Source of the DNA: Octopus bimaculoides
Taxonomy: Eukaryota
Assembly (NCBI RefSeq): GCF_001194135.2
Contig: NC_068983.1
Coordinates: 81,103,515 to 81,167,514 of the forward strand
Reading direction: 5' to 3'
DNA: 64,000 bases
A program made the position numbers and the translations under genes. The first letter of the stretch is position 1; each line of letters starts with the position of its first letter. Below the pieces are notes generated by a model. It worked only from the letters and a program-made list of their open reading frames with translations. It did not search any database and was not told where the DNA came from. Positions 13,735 through 26,910 of the stretch are shown here, piece after piece.

Positions 13735-13878
13735 TGCAGTAAGAGGTTTGCTTCTCAAGGACATGGTTCTAGGTTCAGTCCCACTGCGTGACACCTTGGG
13801 CAGTTGTCTTCTACTGTAACCTCGGACCAGCCAAAGCTTTGAGAGTGGATATCATAAACAGAAACTGTAAGAAGCCTG

Positions 13879-13932
<54 letters not shown>

Positions 13933-14150
13933 GTCTATCTATATCTATACGTGTGCACATGCATATGTGTGTGTGTGTCTTTGTGTATGTGTTTGAGTCT
14001 CTGTGACTTAATGGTTTGGCAAACGAGACTGACAGAATAAGTACCAAGCTTCAAATATAAGTACTGGGGATGATTTGTTCAACTAAATCCTTCAAGGTGG
14101 TGCCCCAGCATGGCCACAACCTAATTACTAAAACAAGTAAGAGATAAGAA
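13735..14150 (+). mobile_element. Family A SINE (13735-13880) + (TCTA)n + family C 3' segment (14000-14150)
   Basis: Family A body, then agaataagtacc...gatttgttcaactaaatccttcaaggtggtgccccagcatggccac; the same arrangement occurs at 46355-46690. Confidence 0.75.
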
Positions 14151-14272
14151 GAAAAAAAAAAGCCTTCAGTTTGCAGAAGGTCACAGTGAAAATCAATTTA
14201 AATGATTTCCCCAAGCCATCTCTGTCCTGGCTGTTGGACTAACAAAGCTCACAGACATTTTAGTCTGTGTGT

Positions 14273-14287
<15 letters not shown>

Positions 14288-14366
<79 letters not shown>
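14288..14366. repeat. (GA)n microsatellite
   Basis: Direct: ~40 GA units preceded by (GATA)n. Confidence 0.97.
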
Positions 14367-14368
<2 letters not shown>

Positions 14369-14674
14369 CAAGAACACAAAAATAAAGTAAGAAGATTATG
14401 TTTTACTGAGGACCAAACAAAATACAATGAAGAACCTGGTCAGATTTCATGTACACGCACGCGTGCGTGTGTGTAAACATGAAACTCTTCTGTAACTCTT
14501 AAATATCTCAAACTCCAAATAAGAAAAGTTTTTCTGATTCTGTTCTCATTGTATGAATGAAACATATTCTTGCACTGGATGTCATAAGTCAATATAAGGC
14601 ACCTCAGTGTCTTAAAAGTGGTACCAGAGTATGGAAAAGAGCAAGTATAATAACAATGATAAACAAATAGATAA

Positions 14675-14706
<32 letters not shown>

Positions 14707-15104
14707 TTAGACAGATAGAAAGAGAGAGTGGGTGTGTGGGTGGAATGATAACTGAATGGAAATTGTGAAAATTTGAGTAATAGTTGGAAGATATTGACCA
14801 AACTAAGAATAACTACAAATATGGACAACTTAATGGGTCATGACATGTACAAAGACAGATCTATATTATTAAGGAATGTTAGAGTTTGAAAGCCATGATG
14901 TTTAAATATCTTGGGAGTAAATTACAGCCTAAAGCACACATGATCAAATACACAAAGTGTATTTGTTGAAGTTTCTAAATACGCCATACCATAAAAATTC
15001 TTGATACATATCTGCACTGAAAATGTGTAAAATGTGATATATAATATATTCTATTTTTTTTTTATATATATAGAACATATATGTATGTATAAATATATAA
15101 TACT

Positions 15105-15315
15105 TTGTACTATAGGTACAAGGCCTGAAGATGTTGGGGAGGGGTCTAGTTGATTATACTGACCTCAGTACCCGACTGGTAATTATTTTATCAATCCTGA
15201 AAGGATGAAAGGCAAAGTTGACCTTGGTAGAATTTGAACTCAGAATGTAAAGTTGCAAGAAATGCAAATAAGCATTTTGTCCAGAGTGCTAACGATTCAC
15301 CCACTTTGCTACCTT
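15105..15315 (-). mobile_element. Family B (Nin/Deu-like) SINE
   Basis: aaaggatgaaaggcaaagttgacc...gaatttgaactcagaatg; reverse complement of the 8873 copy. Confidence 0.85.
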
Positions 15316-16439
15316 ACATGTATGTGTAAATGTATAATGAAATTAAATATGCACACACATATCATACACGCATAAATATACATTCATATACATGAATTTA
15401 TCTACACACACACACACACACATGCATATGCATTATATTCCAGAACTGTACTTGTTTAGCAAATAATTTCATATATGGAATTCTGTCAGTGACCGTTTCA
15501 TAAAAGTACGATAAAATATTTTGACACTTCACAGGAAACAGTATTAGGAAATGTTATAATCAATATTATTAAGAAATAAATGAAAAATGAATATAAAAGT
15601 TTTCTAATATGACTGTCTCATTAAGTAGTAACACACACATATTCCTTTTTACATGTTTCCTCCTTGCTAGTATGAGTTAGATGAATATATTATATGTATG
15701 TACACATATACATATGAAAGCATGCGCACACACACACACAACATACATATAAAAATACTATATTATTTAGTCTACTGATAATGAGTTGCCCTAGTAAAAT
15801 ATACTAGTTATGAAATAGTAATGTAAATACAAGCTACACCAGTGATTCAATATCTCAAAATAATATATATGTGCTCACACAAACACGTGGATGTGTGTGT
15901 GTGTAAATATACATATATACACACATATACATATGCATATACGTACATACACAAAGATACCTATATATATGTGTGATACCCATATATATATATAAAGATA
16001 CCTATATATATATATATATATACCTATATTATATACATGTGTGTNNNNNNNNNNNNNNNNNNNNNNNNNNNNNNNNNNNNNNNNNNNNNNNNNNNNNNNN
16101 NNNNNNNNNNNNNNNNNNNNNNNNNNNNNNNNNNNNNNNNNNNNNNNNNNNNNNNNNNNNNNNNNNNNNNNNNNNNNNNNNNNNNNNNTATATATATATA
16201 TATATATAAAAAGATACCTATATATATATATATATATACCTATATTATATACATGTGTGTGTGCGCGCGTGTGTGTACATGTACAGTAATCTCAGCTGAT
16301 ATCTCTGTGTTATTTGAATTTCATGTTTCTGATCATCAAACTGCATATGATGCACCTCACACAAACACACACATTTACACCCCTCTTATATATATATGTG
16401 TATACAGATACCTACACACATGCATACACACATGGTAAC

Positions 16440-17121
16440 TGTTGTCCATTGAATTCGATGGTGTCTATCGAAGTGTGAACATCTTCAACTGTACACCTTT
16501 TAATGCCTGCACTCTTTAGGAGGATCAGCAGCAACAGAGACTACAGCCATGAGGGTGACCAGAGAATTACAACTGCAACTGTCTATGAGACATTTCTTTA
16601 AGCCCTCATGAGTGAAGAAATTTAAGAAGTAAGCATTGCAGACACATGTGATACTGTGGATACCACAATGGCAATGCCACCTCTTGAGATCCAAGGTCCA
16701 TAATCTACATCACAGAAGACAGCTTTGGAATGAAGGTTCATAGTATTGTTGAGAAAGTGCATTTCCCAGGACCACTATCTTTATTGTGAAGAAGATAGAT
16801 CCAGTGGTAGGAGTAATACATCACAAATGGTATCTCCTCCCTGCTGCAGGGGCCTGATAGAAATCCAGTTTGTTGGAAACCCCCTTAAAGCGGAATACTA
16901 CAAGTTTTTCTCCTCTGTGTGTACTTTCCTAGCCTTTGTCTTCTTGGACTCAACTACAAGGTAGCAGAGCAGTGCAAGGTGGATCACTACTGCTACAGAT
17001 TAGGACATGTGTAACGACTCATCTCTGAGACAGATGTTTTGACAAGTACTAAGGTGTTTATCTTTTTTCTAAAATGCATGTGTGTCTGTCTGTCTATTTA
17101 GATGGTGAATAAGTGAGCACT

Positions 17122-17155
<34 letters not shown>

Positions 17156-17500
17156 TGTGCATGCTCGCTTATTCACCATCTTGAGTATTTCTGTCCTGTG
17201 CACATATATAGACAAATGAAAGCATAAAACACACACACACATGCACACACACACATACACACACATAGACATACATATACACACACACAGACACATCTCT
17301 TTATACGGAGAAAACACTTTGGGTTGTACATTCCCCAGTATCACTATCTTCACAATGAAGGAAATATATCCAGTGACAAGGATGACCCAAGACAACTGGC
17401 ACCTACCCCCTGCTGCAAGGGGCTGATGGAAATCGCTATTTTGAAGACCACTTTAGGCTGACCAGCATAGCTTATTTTTTTTCTTTGGGTGTACTCCCCA
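16440..17500 (+). mobile_element. Decayed coding-like repeat, two diverged copies (16760-16930 and 17318-17500); probable retroelement remnant
   Basis: The copies share cactatctt...tgaag...atccagtg...cctgctgca.gg.ctgat.gaaatc and a common disrupted frame (TIFIVKKIDPV...WYLLPAAG / TIFTMKEIYPV...WHLPPAARG). Family not recognised. Confidence 0.45.
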
Positions 17501-17872
17501 AGATGCACCCAGAAAGAAGTCATGTAGTGAAGATAGTTTGCTACCCAACCACCACAGTTAAAAAGCTCTATTTACTTCTCTCTTGGACAGATGTCTAATC
17601 AAGAAATAAAGCAATTATCACCCTCAAAACAATCATATTGCACATTTGTTCCCCACCTCAAGTATTTCTATATTCATGTATGCTATTACTAGAAAGTTAT
17701 TCTGTTGGGTTCCTCTGTTCTTTTGACAGGTTTTGTCTTTGTTTTACTGCGTTTCCAATAACACTGCTAATCGAGCAATTCTAATGGGGTAGGGTGGAAC
17801 AGTTTACCGCTAACAACCCGACTGTGTAACAGGTTGTACTGATTGCACGCTAGTTGTAGCACTGAAGGCAAC

Positions 17873-17918
<46 letters not shown>

Positions 17919-19273
17919 CACTATAGCCTGTAATTTCATTCCTTTACACGAATTTGAGGTAAAAAGGTAAAACAAAAGTGAAATTAGAAAGAACCAGACA
18001 GATCAATTAACTGTTTTTGTTTGAGAATGGAAATAACTCAACAGTCCAAGGCAAGTTGGGAAGATTTACCAATTACGGTTTATTTATTTATTATTATTGT
18101 TATTATTATAAGAAGTAGTACTTTTAGTAGTATATGGTTATGACTATTTTTGCTGGAAAATGTCGATTTGTTATATAATTTAGATGAATGAACTATACAT
18201 GAAGAATTACAATAGATAGCATAGCAGATTAGAACTTTGATCACTGTCGGGAATATTTTTTTATATGCAAAAAGAAAAAAGAAACAAAAAAAACAACTAC
18301 TTAATTTTTATATTCTGTATCTATATATTCCACACATCTACATGAAGTTAAAAATTGCTGTGAGCAATATCGATATAGAAAAACAAATAAAAGTCAGTGA
18401 AATTTATAAATGTGAACCAAAAATCAATAATGTAGTAAATACATGTTTTCGCAATGTTTTTCTTTTCTTTTTAAGGAACATGAAAAAATTAATTTTTTTA
18501 TAGGAAATCTATGTAATTTGTTCATTGAAGCATGACTAAAATGAATTTTTTTTTTTACAAACATTTCATTTGGTAACACACTTCTGATGACATTTAGTAA
18601 ATAAATATTTTAAGAAAATACCTTAAATTTTATTCTAAGAAAATATATTTCAAAATTGTATTTTGGAAAATGGTGTATGAAATATTTTAATGCACATGCA
18701 CACAATTATATATACATACATATATATGTATTTTTTAAACTATAAATATGTTTTTGCATATGTATGTGCATGTGTGCACATATACATACATGTCTGTGTG
18801 CTTGTGTATGTGTACATCTATAAACAAATATATACATGCATGAAAATATATATAATATGTGTGCACATGTATGTACATGTCAGTGTGTATACATGCATGC
18901 ATGTTTCTATATGTGTGTGTATGTACCAATTAATGCATGTTATATAAATTTATACCCTCCATACATATGAATTATACAGAAGCAGACCACTTCTACATAT
19001 ATAAACCTAAACATTNNNNNNNNNNNNNNNNNNNNNNNNNNNNNNNNNNNNNNNNNNNNNNNNNNNNNNNNNNNNNNNNNNNNNNNNNNNNNNNNNNNNN
19101 NNNNNNNNNNNNNNNNNNNNNNNNNNNNNNNNNNNNNNNNNNNNNNNNNNNNNNNNNNNNNNNNNNNNNNNNNNNNNNNNNNNNNNNNNNNNNNNNNNNN
19201 NNNNNNNNNNNNNNNNNNNNNNNNNNNNNNNNNNNNNNNNNNNNNNNNNNNNNNNNNNNNNNNNNNNNNNNNN

Positions 19274-19330
<57 letters not shown>

Positions 19331-20126
19331 CTATATATATATACATACAGTAGCTGCAGAGGCAAAACCAGAGAGAGAGAGAGAGAGGGAGGGAAGGAGA
19401 GAGAAAGAGAAAGAAAGAGAGAGAGATGAAGTTGAAGTGGGATTTCAACTATGAAACTTCCAGAATAATGTGGAGAATGAGAAAGCAGACAATATACAGC
19501 ATGCTGGCAGCAGAAAGAAAACAACAAATTTAAAGAAACGCTCTATATTTTACTTTTTTTTTGAAAAATTGATTTTTCGTTCTCCCACCTCCCTCTCTTT
19601 TTCTCTTTTTTCACTTTCTGTCTGTCTGTCTGTCACTTCAGCCCTTGCCACTTTTCACTTTCTACCATTTAGAATTAAACATTCTCGAAATATTTTTGAG
19701 ACAAGATTCCACAATATCTCATATTTGTCAAAATAAATAAATAAATAATATAATTAAATAAATAAAGTAAAAACACACACACACACACACAAAATAAAAA
19801 AAAAATGCAAGAAAGAAAACAGAAAAGATTTCAGCACTACAAAGACATTATTTAAGAAAAGTGTAAGTTGTGAATGCATTGAACACAAACGCAGTTACTT
19901 TGTGCACACAGTCACATACATATACTTATTGTACATGCATTTGTGAATGTGTGTGTTTTCAGGAATAATTATATAGACGGAGAAAGATACAGAGAAGGAA
20001 AGAAAAAAGAGAAGGCAGACAGAATAGAGACATACTGAAGTGGATGGGGAAACTGATAAGGTGACAGACAAAAAGACTAAGAAAAGAATGTGTGTGACAT
20101 GTGGTGCATAATGAGATGAGAGAGAG

Positions 20127-20161
<35 letters not shown>

Positions 20162-21266
20162 ATAATTTGTGAACTGAAGGAGGAAGAGGATGGGTGTGTG
20201 TATGTGTGTGTGTGTGTGTGTGTGTATATGGGTGTGTGTATGTGTGTGTATGATTTGAAAGATGGGAGAAAGAGAGACAGTGTGTGCGTGCATTTATGAA
20301 TGTGTTTAAGACAGAAGAGAGAGAGAAAGGATGAAAAGAAAGGGCATGCTTATGGTGGATGAGATAATAGAGAATGAATGAAAGAGAGAGACAGAGAGAA
20401 GGAGAGAGAGTGAGGGAGAGATTGAGAGAGAGGGAGAGAGAGAAAGAATGTGTGTGTGTGTGTGTAGGGGAGTGTGTATGTGAATGATCTCATCAGTAAG
20501 ATTCACTCGCCCACTAAACCAAGTAGTCCGTTACTAATAAAGTACTATAAGGACGGTAACACAACAGAAACGATGCTATCATATTGATTACAATTTACCA
20601 AGAGAATAACAAACACATTGATAACAAAAACACAAACATCCTGAAGAAGATGTGGGGTCAGGTAAGTGTGGGGTGGAGAGAGAGAGAGTGAGAGAAAGAA
20701 ATGAAAACAAACAAGGACTTTTCACACAAAACTAAACCGAGCAGGAGGCAGTGACAAAGATTTTTAAACTATTAAAAGAAAAAAAAAAAAACATGATAGA
20801 AATCTATGTGTTAATATGAATACAATAGAAACAAATGAAATAGCTAAACCAGCAAAAAATGAACATGGTGACAATGATGTTGATGAATGGATAATTTGAG
20901 TATTTTTTTCTTTTGATTTTTAGCACCCAAAGTATTGTAATGATTTATATCATTAACTAATGGTATATTAGCTGAAATAACGTGTATGTATAGAAGGCAA
21001 CAGCAGAGGAATGACTTGCCAAACGAGGGCTACCAATGCACTATTGCTATATAGATGCAGTGCCTGCTGCAGGCAGCTGGAGAGAAGGCGACAGATAACA
21101 GTAGCAGCGGTATAGAAAAGACGAAGGAAGATGGAACAGCAGTTAGCTGTCCAGTTGACCGCCCTGTGTTGGTGTTGTTATGTTTCCACTGAGAGTAGAT
21201 GTTTGCAGGTGATGCAACGAGAGGCAAATCAATGACATACTTTTGGAGTATTCAGCAAGCACCTAC

Positions 21267-21327
21267 CTGCGAGCCAATTATATTCCACGACGCTTTAGAT
21301 TTTGCAGAAGCACTTATCAGTTTTCAA
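21267..21327 (-). other. Candidate non-coding (5'UTR or poison) exon, 61 nt
   Basis: Acceptor tgtttaatatgttgcag| and strong donor CAG|GTAGGT; stops in all three frames; sits in a CpG-richer unique island. Confidence 0.3.
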
Positions 21328-21884
21328 CTGCAACATATTAAACATTCAAACACTATATGGCTCTCTTCAAAGAATTGATGCCTAAGCTTGTCTTAAGATT
21401 CTTTCAAATAGTAAAATTTCAACAGATTTAAAAATTTAAAGTCACGGTGACCTAGGTTTTCATAGCAATATCTATTTTTAATGTTTTTTATTTCTCTCTC
21501 TCTCTCTTTCTCTCACTTTCTCTCTCTCTCTCTCCCTCACTCTCACTCCTCCTCCTCCTACCCTTCCCATTGCCTTTTCTCTTTTTGTGTACAGCGAAAT
21601 TTTAAATATCAGCATGTAGATAATGAAAGGTTTAAAGGAGCTGCACATATATTTAATTACTGGCAATGTATCTCAGTCGTACTTCATACAGCCTCTCTTG
21701 CATTTTTCATTTTTTTAAAAATTTCACATATTTTATATTATTTATAAATTATTACTATTTATATTTATACAAAACATAAATATTTTTTTCTCATTTTGTT
21801 TGTTTATATTTATTGTATATTTACATTTATATATAGTAAATGTGTGTATGTTACACACATGCACACACACACACACAAATATAT

Positions 21885-21936
<52 letters not shown>

Positions 21937-22626
21937 ATTTATATATACATATGTGTGTGTGTGTGTGTGTGTGTGTGGAGGGAAAAAGACAGAGAGAGCT
22001 AAATAACTATATAGTTAGAAAGATAGGCAAACAGACAAATAGATAGGTATATATATAAATATATATCGAGAGAGAGAGAGAGAGAGAGAGGGGGGGGAAG
22101 AGAGAGAGAGAGGGAAGAGAGTGAGAGAGAGAAAGAGCTAAACAGAAAGATAGATAGATGGATATAATTCTTTGTTAAAATCATCAATAAATCTGGACAG
22201 TGACAGTACATTTTGGCTGTTATTAGATTTCTTGCAAGGTCATTGTGACCCAACAACTATTTGAATTAGACAAATAGGAATAAATTAAAATATATCAGCT
22301 ATTTTAAAAGGAAATGAATTTTCCCTATTTCTTCGAAGATGTTTACTGATAAATTTTTTCTTGGTTTATTTATTTGTTTTAAAATTCACTGTGGGTGTGC
22401 AAGGTAGTCGGGGAAAGAGGTGTGTGCATGAGATTTTACTAATAAATCAAAAAACCCATTTATTTTCTGAGGGACTTTGTATCAGACGATATAAACATTA
22501 AGTTATATATTTTAAAACAGAATGTTATTATGCCTGCAGAAACACCAATACCCATCCAACAATCAATCTACACATTTATTTCTTTATATGAAATTGTTTG
22601 CATAAAAAAAAGGAGAGAGAGAGAGA

Positions 22627-22667
<41 letters not shown>

Positions 22668-22829
22668 GCAATCTTCTTTCATCAATGAATAAATAAGTTA
22701 AAGCCACATTTTATATGAGGGGAGATGGAATCTGGATTAACATCAAAAATAAGATCAAATTTAACTCTAAACAACAACAACAACAATAATTGTTTTCAAG
22801 ATTGGCACAAGGCATAATAATAACTGTTT

Positions 22830-23050
22830 CTAATATAGACACAAGGCCTGAGACTGGGGATGGGAGTAAGTCAATTAAATCAACTCCAGTATTTGTCTGA
22901 TATCTTAACTTATTGATCTTAGAGGGATGAAAGGCAAAGTCGACCTGAGTGGGATTTGAACTTAGAACATAATGAGCCAAAACAAATGCTTAGCAAATGC
23001 TGCTAAGCATTTGAGAAAATGCTTTAGCAATTCTGCCAATCCAGCACCCT
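22830..23050 (-). mobile_element. Family B SINE with an internal 13-bp inverted duplication
   Basis: gggatgaaaggcaaagtcgacc...; caaatgcttagca/tgctaagcatttg at 22983-23013. Confidence 0.8.
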
Positions 23051-24129
23051 AGGTAATAATGACAATAATAATGACAATTTCTTTCATCAGCATGATTCAA
23101 GTTAAAAGAGAAGCCACAATTTATGCTTTACACAAGAGCATTAAGAGCTATCATGGAGCAGTGTGATAGTAAGGATGCTAATGAAGTAAATGATAAAGCT
23201 CTAGTTGGAAATCAACCCTGTCACAGAAGCGATTTGTCCAGAACATACCAACTATAACATGGCACCAGTTATAAATAACAATAAGGATGAACAGTTTGAA
23301 CATTGGCACAAGGTTAAGCATGTTTAAAAAGGAGCTATTGCTGAATGAACTAACTCAATTGTTTGACTAGTATTTACTTTATTAAACCCAGAAGGATGAA
23401 AAACAAAACTAAATCCATTGTGGGTTTGAATGTAGAAGGAGAAATTAAATATTGTACGGCATTTAGTGAAGCACTCAACAGTTTCTATAAACACCTTCAC
23501 CACCTTGATAATAATAATGATGAATGAAATTCCTTTAGCCGTGTCTTGGTGGCTATTGAGCTCTCTTTAATTCTGTTATGCCAAGAACTTAGCAACCTTT
23601 CTAGAAGAGAAAATGCACCAGTACAATCTGTAAAGTGGTAGGTGATAGGAAAGTGATCCAGCTCTTACAAACTGAGCCAAATGAGAGAGACAAGCACCAG
23701 TCTAAGAAACAACGTGAAGCATGATGAACCATCTAACTCATCCCAGCACAGTAAGCAGACACAAACATGATGATGATGAAAAGGATGAGGATTTCTCATG
23801 CATGAGACTAGTTGTGGTTAAGCACTATGTCACCTTGATTGCACAGCCCTGTGATCAAGAGTACAGTGCCCAATGTCCTCTAAGATACAGAAGAAAGAGT
23901 GTGATTATGAGGGAAATTTGGTGGCTATTTGTAAACATTTGTGTGATCATGTAAAGGCTTTCATTGGTTTGTTATGAGTAGCTTTTGTAAGATGTTTAGT
24001 TCACAGATTTGACATCAGATACTTTTTTTAAGTTTCAGAAGAATAAAAAATTAAGTCAACCACAGTAAAATTTTAATAAAATGTAATGATGTTGCCATAC
24101 AATCTGATAGATATTCTTACTGACGTTCA

Positions 24130-24600
24130 AATGGGTATTAAAGTTGCAGAGTTTAAGTGGAAACAAATATCTCGAGTCATCTGTAATTGGAAGATTCTGA
24201 TTCAGATGATGGTTAAGAATTATAAGATGGTGGTGTGCTCGGTTGCTCTTTTTGGGTCTAACTTATTGGTTGGCAGCTTTGAAAGAACAAACAGATATTG
24301 TAAGTCAAGAAAATGCAAATGCTCCAATGTGTGCCGGGGTTGACTACATTAAGCTATGTCATGAATGAAAATGCACTGAGAGCCATGGAAGTAGAACTTG
24401 TTATTCATAAAATGAGTGAGGTGATCTGAGCTGCAACTGGTATAGGGAAATGAGATGCTGTGCAGAACAATTGCTATCCTTAAGAATCAACCCAAATGAC
24501 TAGCAGCTTTTAAAGATGGCCAAAGAAATGGTAGATGGATTAACTGCAAACATATATGCAATAAGTCAACATCTCTTCGAGATGTCCTTAACCAGGCCAA
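24130..24600 (+). mobile_element. Decayed RTE LINE, reverse transcriptase C-terminal region
   Basis: ORF 24086..24343 VAEFKWKQISRVICNWKILIQM...NYKMVVCSVALFGS resembles the RTE segment W..vsgVlcd..ip...K.kiYktvvrp.llYGs; stops downstream. Confidence 0.65.
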
Positions 24601-25129
24601 ATAAAAGAGAGCATAACAAAACAAACTCAATGAATGTATTTCTGGAATAATATAGAGGATTTGATTGAAACTGATAATAAGCAGATTGAATGGCACCAAA
24701 GCAGTACATAACTAAGTTATAACAAAAGCAGGATAAAAACCCTACTCAACAGAAATTATAATAAAATAACAATATAAAAAACAGCTGTAAATATACATAT
24801 AATATGCCACTTTTTCCTGAAAATTAATTCCTCACTTTTGCCTGAGGCAAAAAATCTTGGAGGAGAGGTATATAGTTGATCAAATAAACCAATGCATTCC
24901 TGGTGCTTATTTTATCAAATTTAGATGAATGAAAGACAATATCATATCAACCCTGACGAAATTTGAAATCAGAACACAGCATTATACAACAAAATATTGG
25001 ATAAGCATTTAGATTGATATAAAGTCTATAATAAGGTTGCAAATGTATAATTGATTGACTGAAACTGTTACAGTTATTTTATCAAGGTAAACTTATCCTT
25101 AACCAAAACAATAACCCTTTCTATTATAG

Positions 25130-25388
25130 TAGTGGTTCTCAAAGTGGGAGGTATTCCCCTCCTCCCCCCAGGGCAGTGGAAAGTTCCAAGGGGATGTTGA
25201 AGACAAGTAGAGCAATAATGGGGTAGCGATTGATGTAAAAACAACAAAATAATGGGTTCATTAGGATAAGTTTATTTGTGAAATACAGTTGCTTTGAATT
25301 TGCTTCAGAAAGAGGTCTATGTTTGAGATGATTAGTTGAGGTGGGGAAGCTAGGAATGTGGCCTGGGTGTCAAGTTTGGGAACCACTG
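25130..25388. mobile_element. hAT (Charlie-like) MITE, 259 bp
   Basis: TIRs tagtggttctcaaa / tttgggaaccactg; 8-bp TSD tattatag (25122-25129) / tactatag (25389-25396), 7 of 8 identical. Confidence 0.85.
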
Positions 25389-25391
25389 TAC

Positions 25392-25578
25392 TATAGGCAC
25401 AGGGCCTGAAATTTTAGGGGAGGAGGCTAGTCGATTACATTGATCCCTGTGCTTAACTGGTACTTATTTTATTGACACCCAAAAGTACGAAAGGTAAAGT
25501 TGACCTCAATAGAATTTGAACTCAAATGCTGCTAAGCATTTTGCCTGGAACAATAATGATTCTACCAGCTCACTGCCT
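25392..25578 (-). mobile_element. Family B SINE, with its 3' tail interrupted by the hAT MITE
   Basis: ggcacagggcctgaaattttaggggagg...aaaggtaaagttgacc...gaatttgaactca. Confidence 0.8.
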
Positions 25579-26875
25579 ACGTTAGCCATAGTAATTAATA
25601 TGGTTTAATATTTCACATTGGTAATATAAATTTTTATTCAGATTACACTAATTTCAAAAGATTTATATGAAATTTATTTTAATTTATGAAACAGAACAAA
25701 ATCAAAATGAGAGGTATAAAGGAAAAAGTCAAAATTAAAATGAACACACACGTACATATTGCTTAACAAATGCGTTGGATAAAGTATATCCCCTTCAAAC
25801 TGATTAAATTAACACAAGAAAATAATATAAGGAATAATAATTTAATGTATTTAATGAAAACAAATACTGAACAAGAATATGAAAGCTAAGTGATAAGATT
25901 AATTAAACAAGATCTGCAGCTTTGTAAAATTTTATATATAATTACACACACACACACACATACACGCACAGTACATATTTATCAACTTTTACAAGGAAAA
26001 GATTCACAATGACTTTGAAGTTTCAACTTGTTCAAATATATATGTATTTGTGCATGTCTCTTCCAACCCATGCCAACATGAAAAGGCAGAAGTAAGAATG
26101 ATTTTGTGTACACATGAAATCATCCTCAACAACACCATTTTTACTACTGCTTTTTTCATGTTGGCATGGACTGAAAGAGACTTCTTGAAGCAGTATTCTA
26201 TGGTCTATGGTTGGATGCCAATCCTAATGCCACCCCTTAATGGCTTTGAAATATGGTACTTCACCAGTTTTCACATGTCAAAACCATGGAACTACAGGAT
26301 ATATTTTGTATGTGGGACGTAAACAACCATCTCCAATTCTCAAGCTGTGTAAATATGAAAACTTGTGAAGACAAGCATATAAACACACACACACACACAC
26401 ACACACATTTATGCATGATGAACTTTCATACGTTTTCTTTTTGATAAATTTAACTCATAAGACATTGGTTACTCCAGTAGGATGGAACTTGAAACCATGT
26501 GATTGTGAAGCAACTTTCTTAGCCACAACCATGCCTATGGCTATATATTTGTGCATGTGTGTGCGTGTGTGTATACACATATGTGTGTAAATGCCAACAC
26601 TCATCATGAAACGTAAAACAGCTATCACTAAAGAAGAATATATACTAATGAAACATCTATGCCTTCAAAGTCTCTATATTTTGAACCTTTTTCATTAGAT
26701 TCATTTTGTTTAATCATCTGATGAGAATGTCTTCAATTTTTACATAGTAGCAGTTAGCAAGGGCCATGAGGAGGGGCATGTATAGGACATTATTCCCCAC
26801 CAGAATATGGGATGCATGACCAAATGACATCAAGAAATAATCACAAACTTCAAAATGAAAACCTTTCTTTTCATC

Positions 26876-26910
<35 letters not shown>

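Noticed and set aside
19440-19510. Signal-peptide-like MLYIVCFLILHIILEVS on the minus strand
   Set aside because: It stops after 17 codons with no convincing donor.
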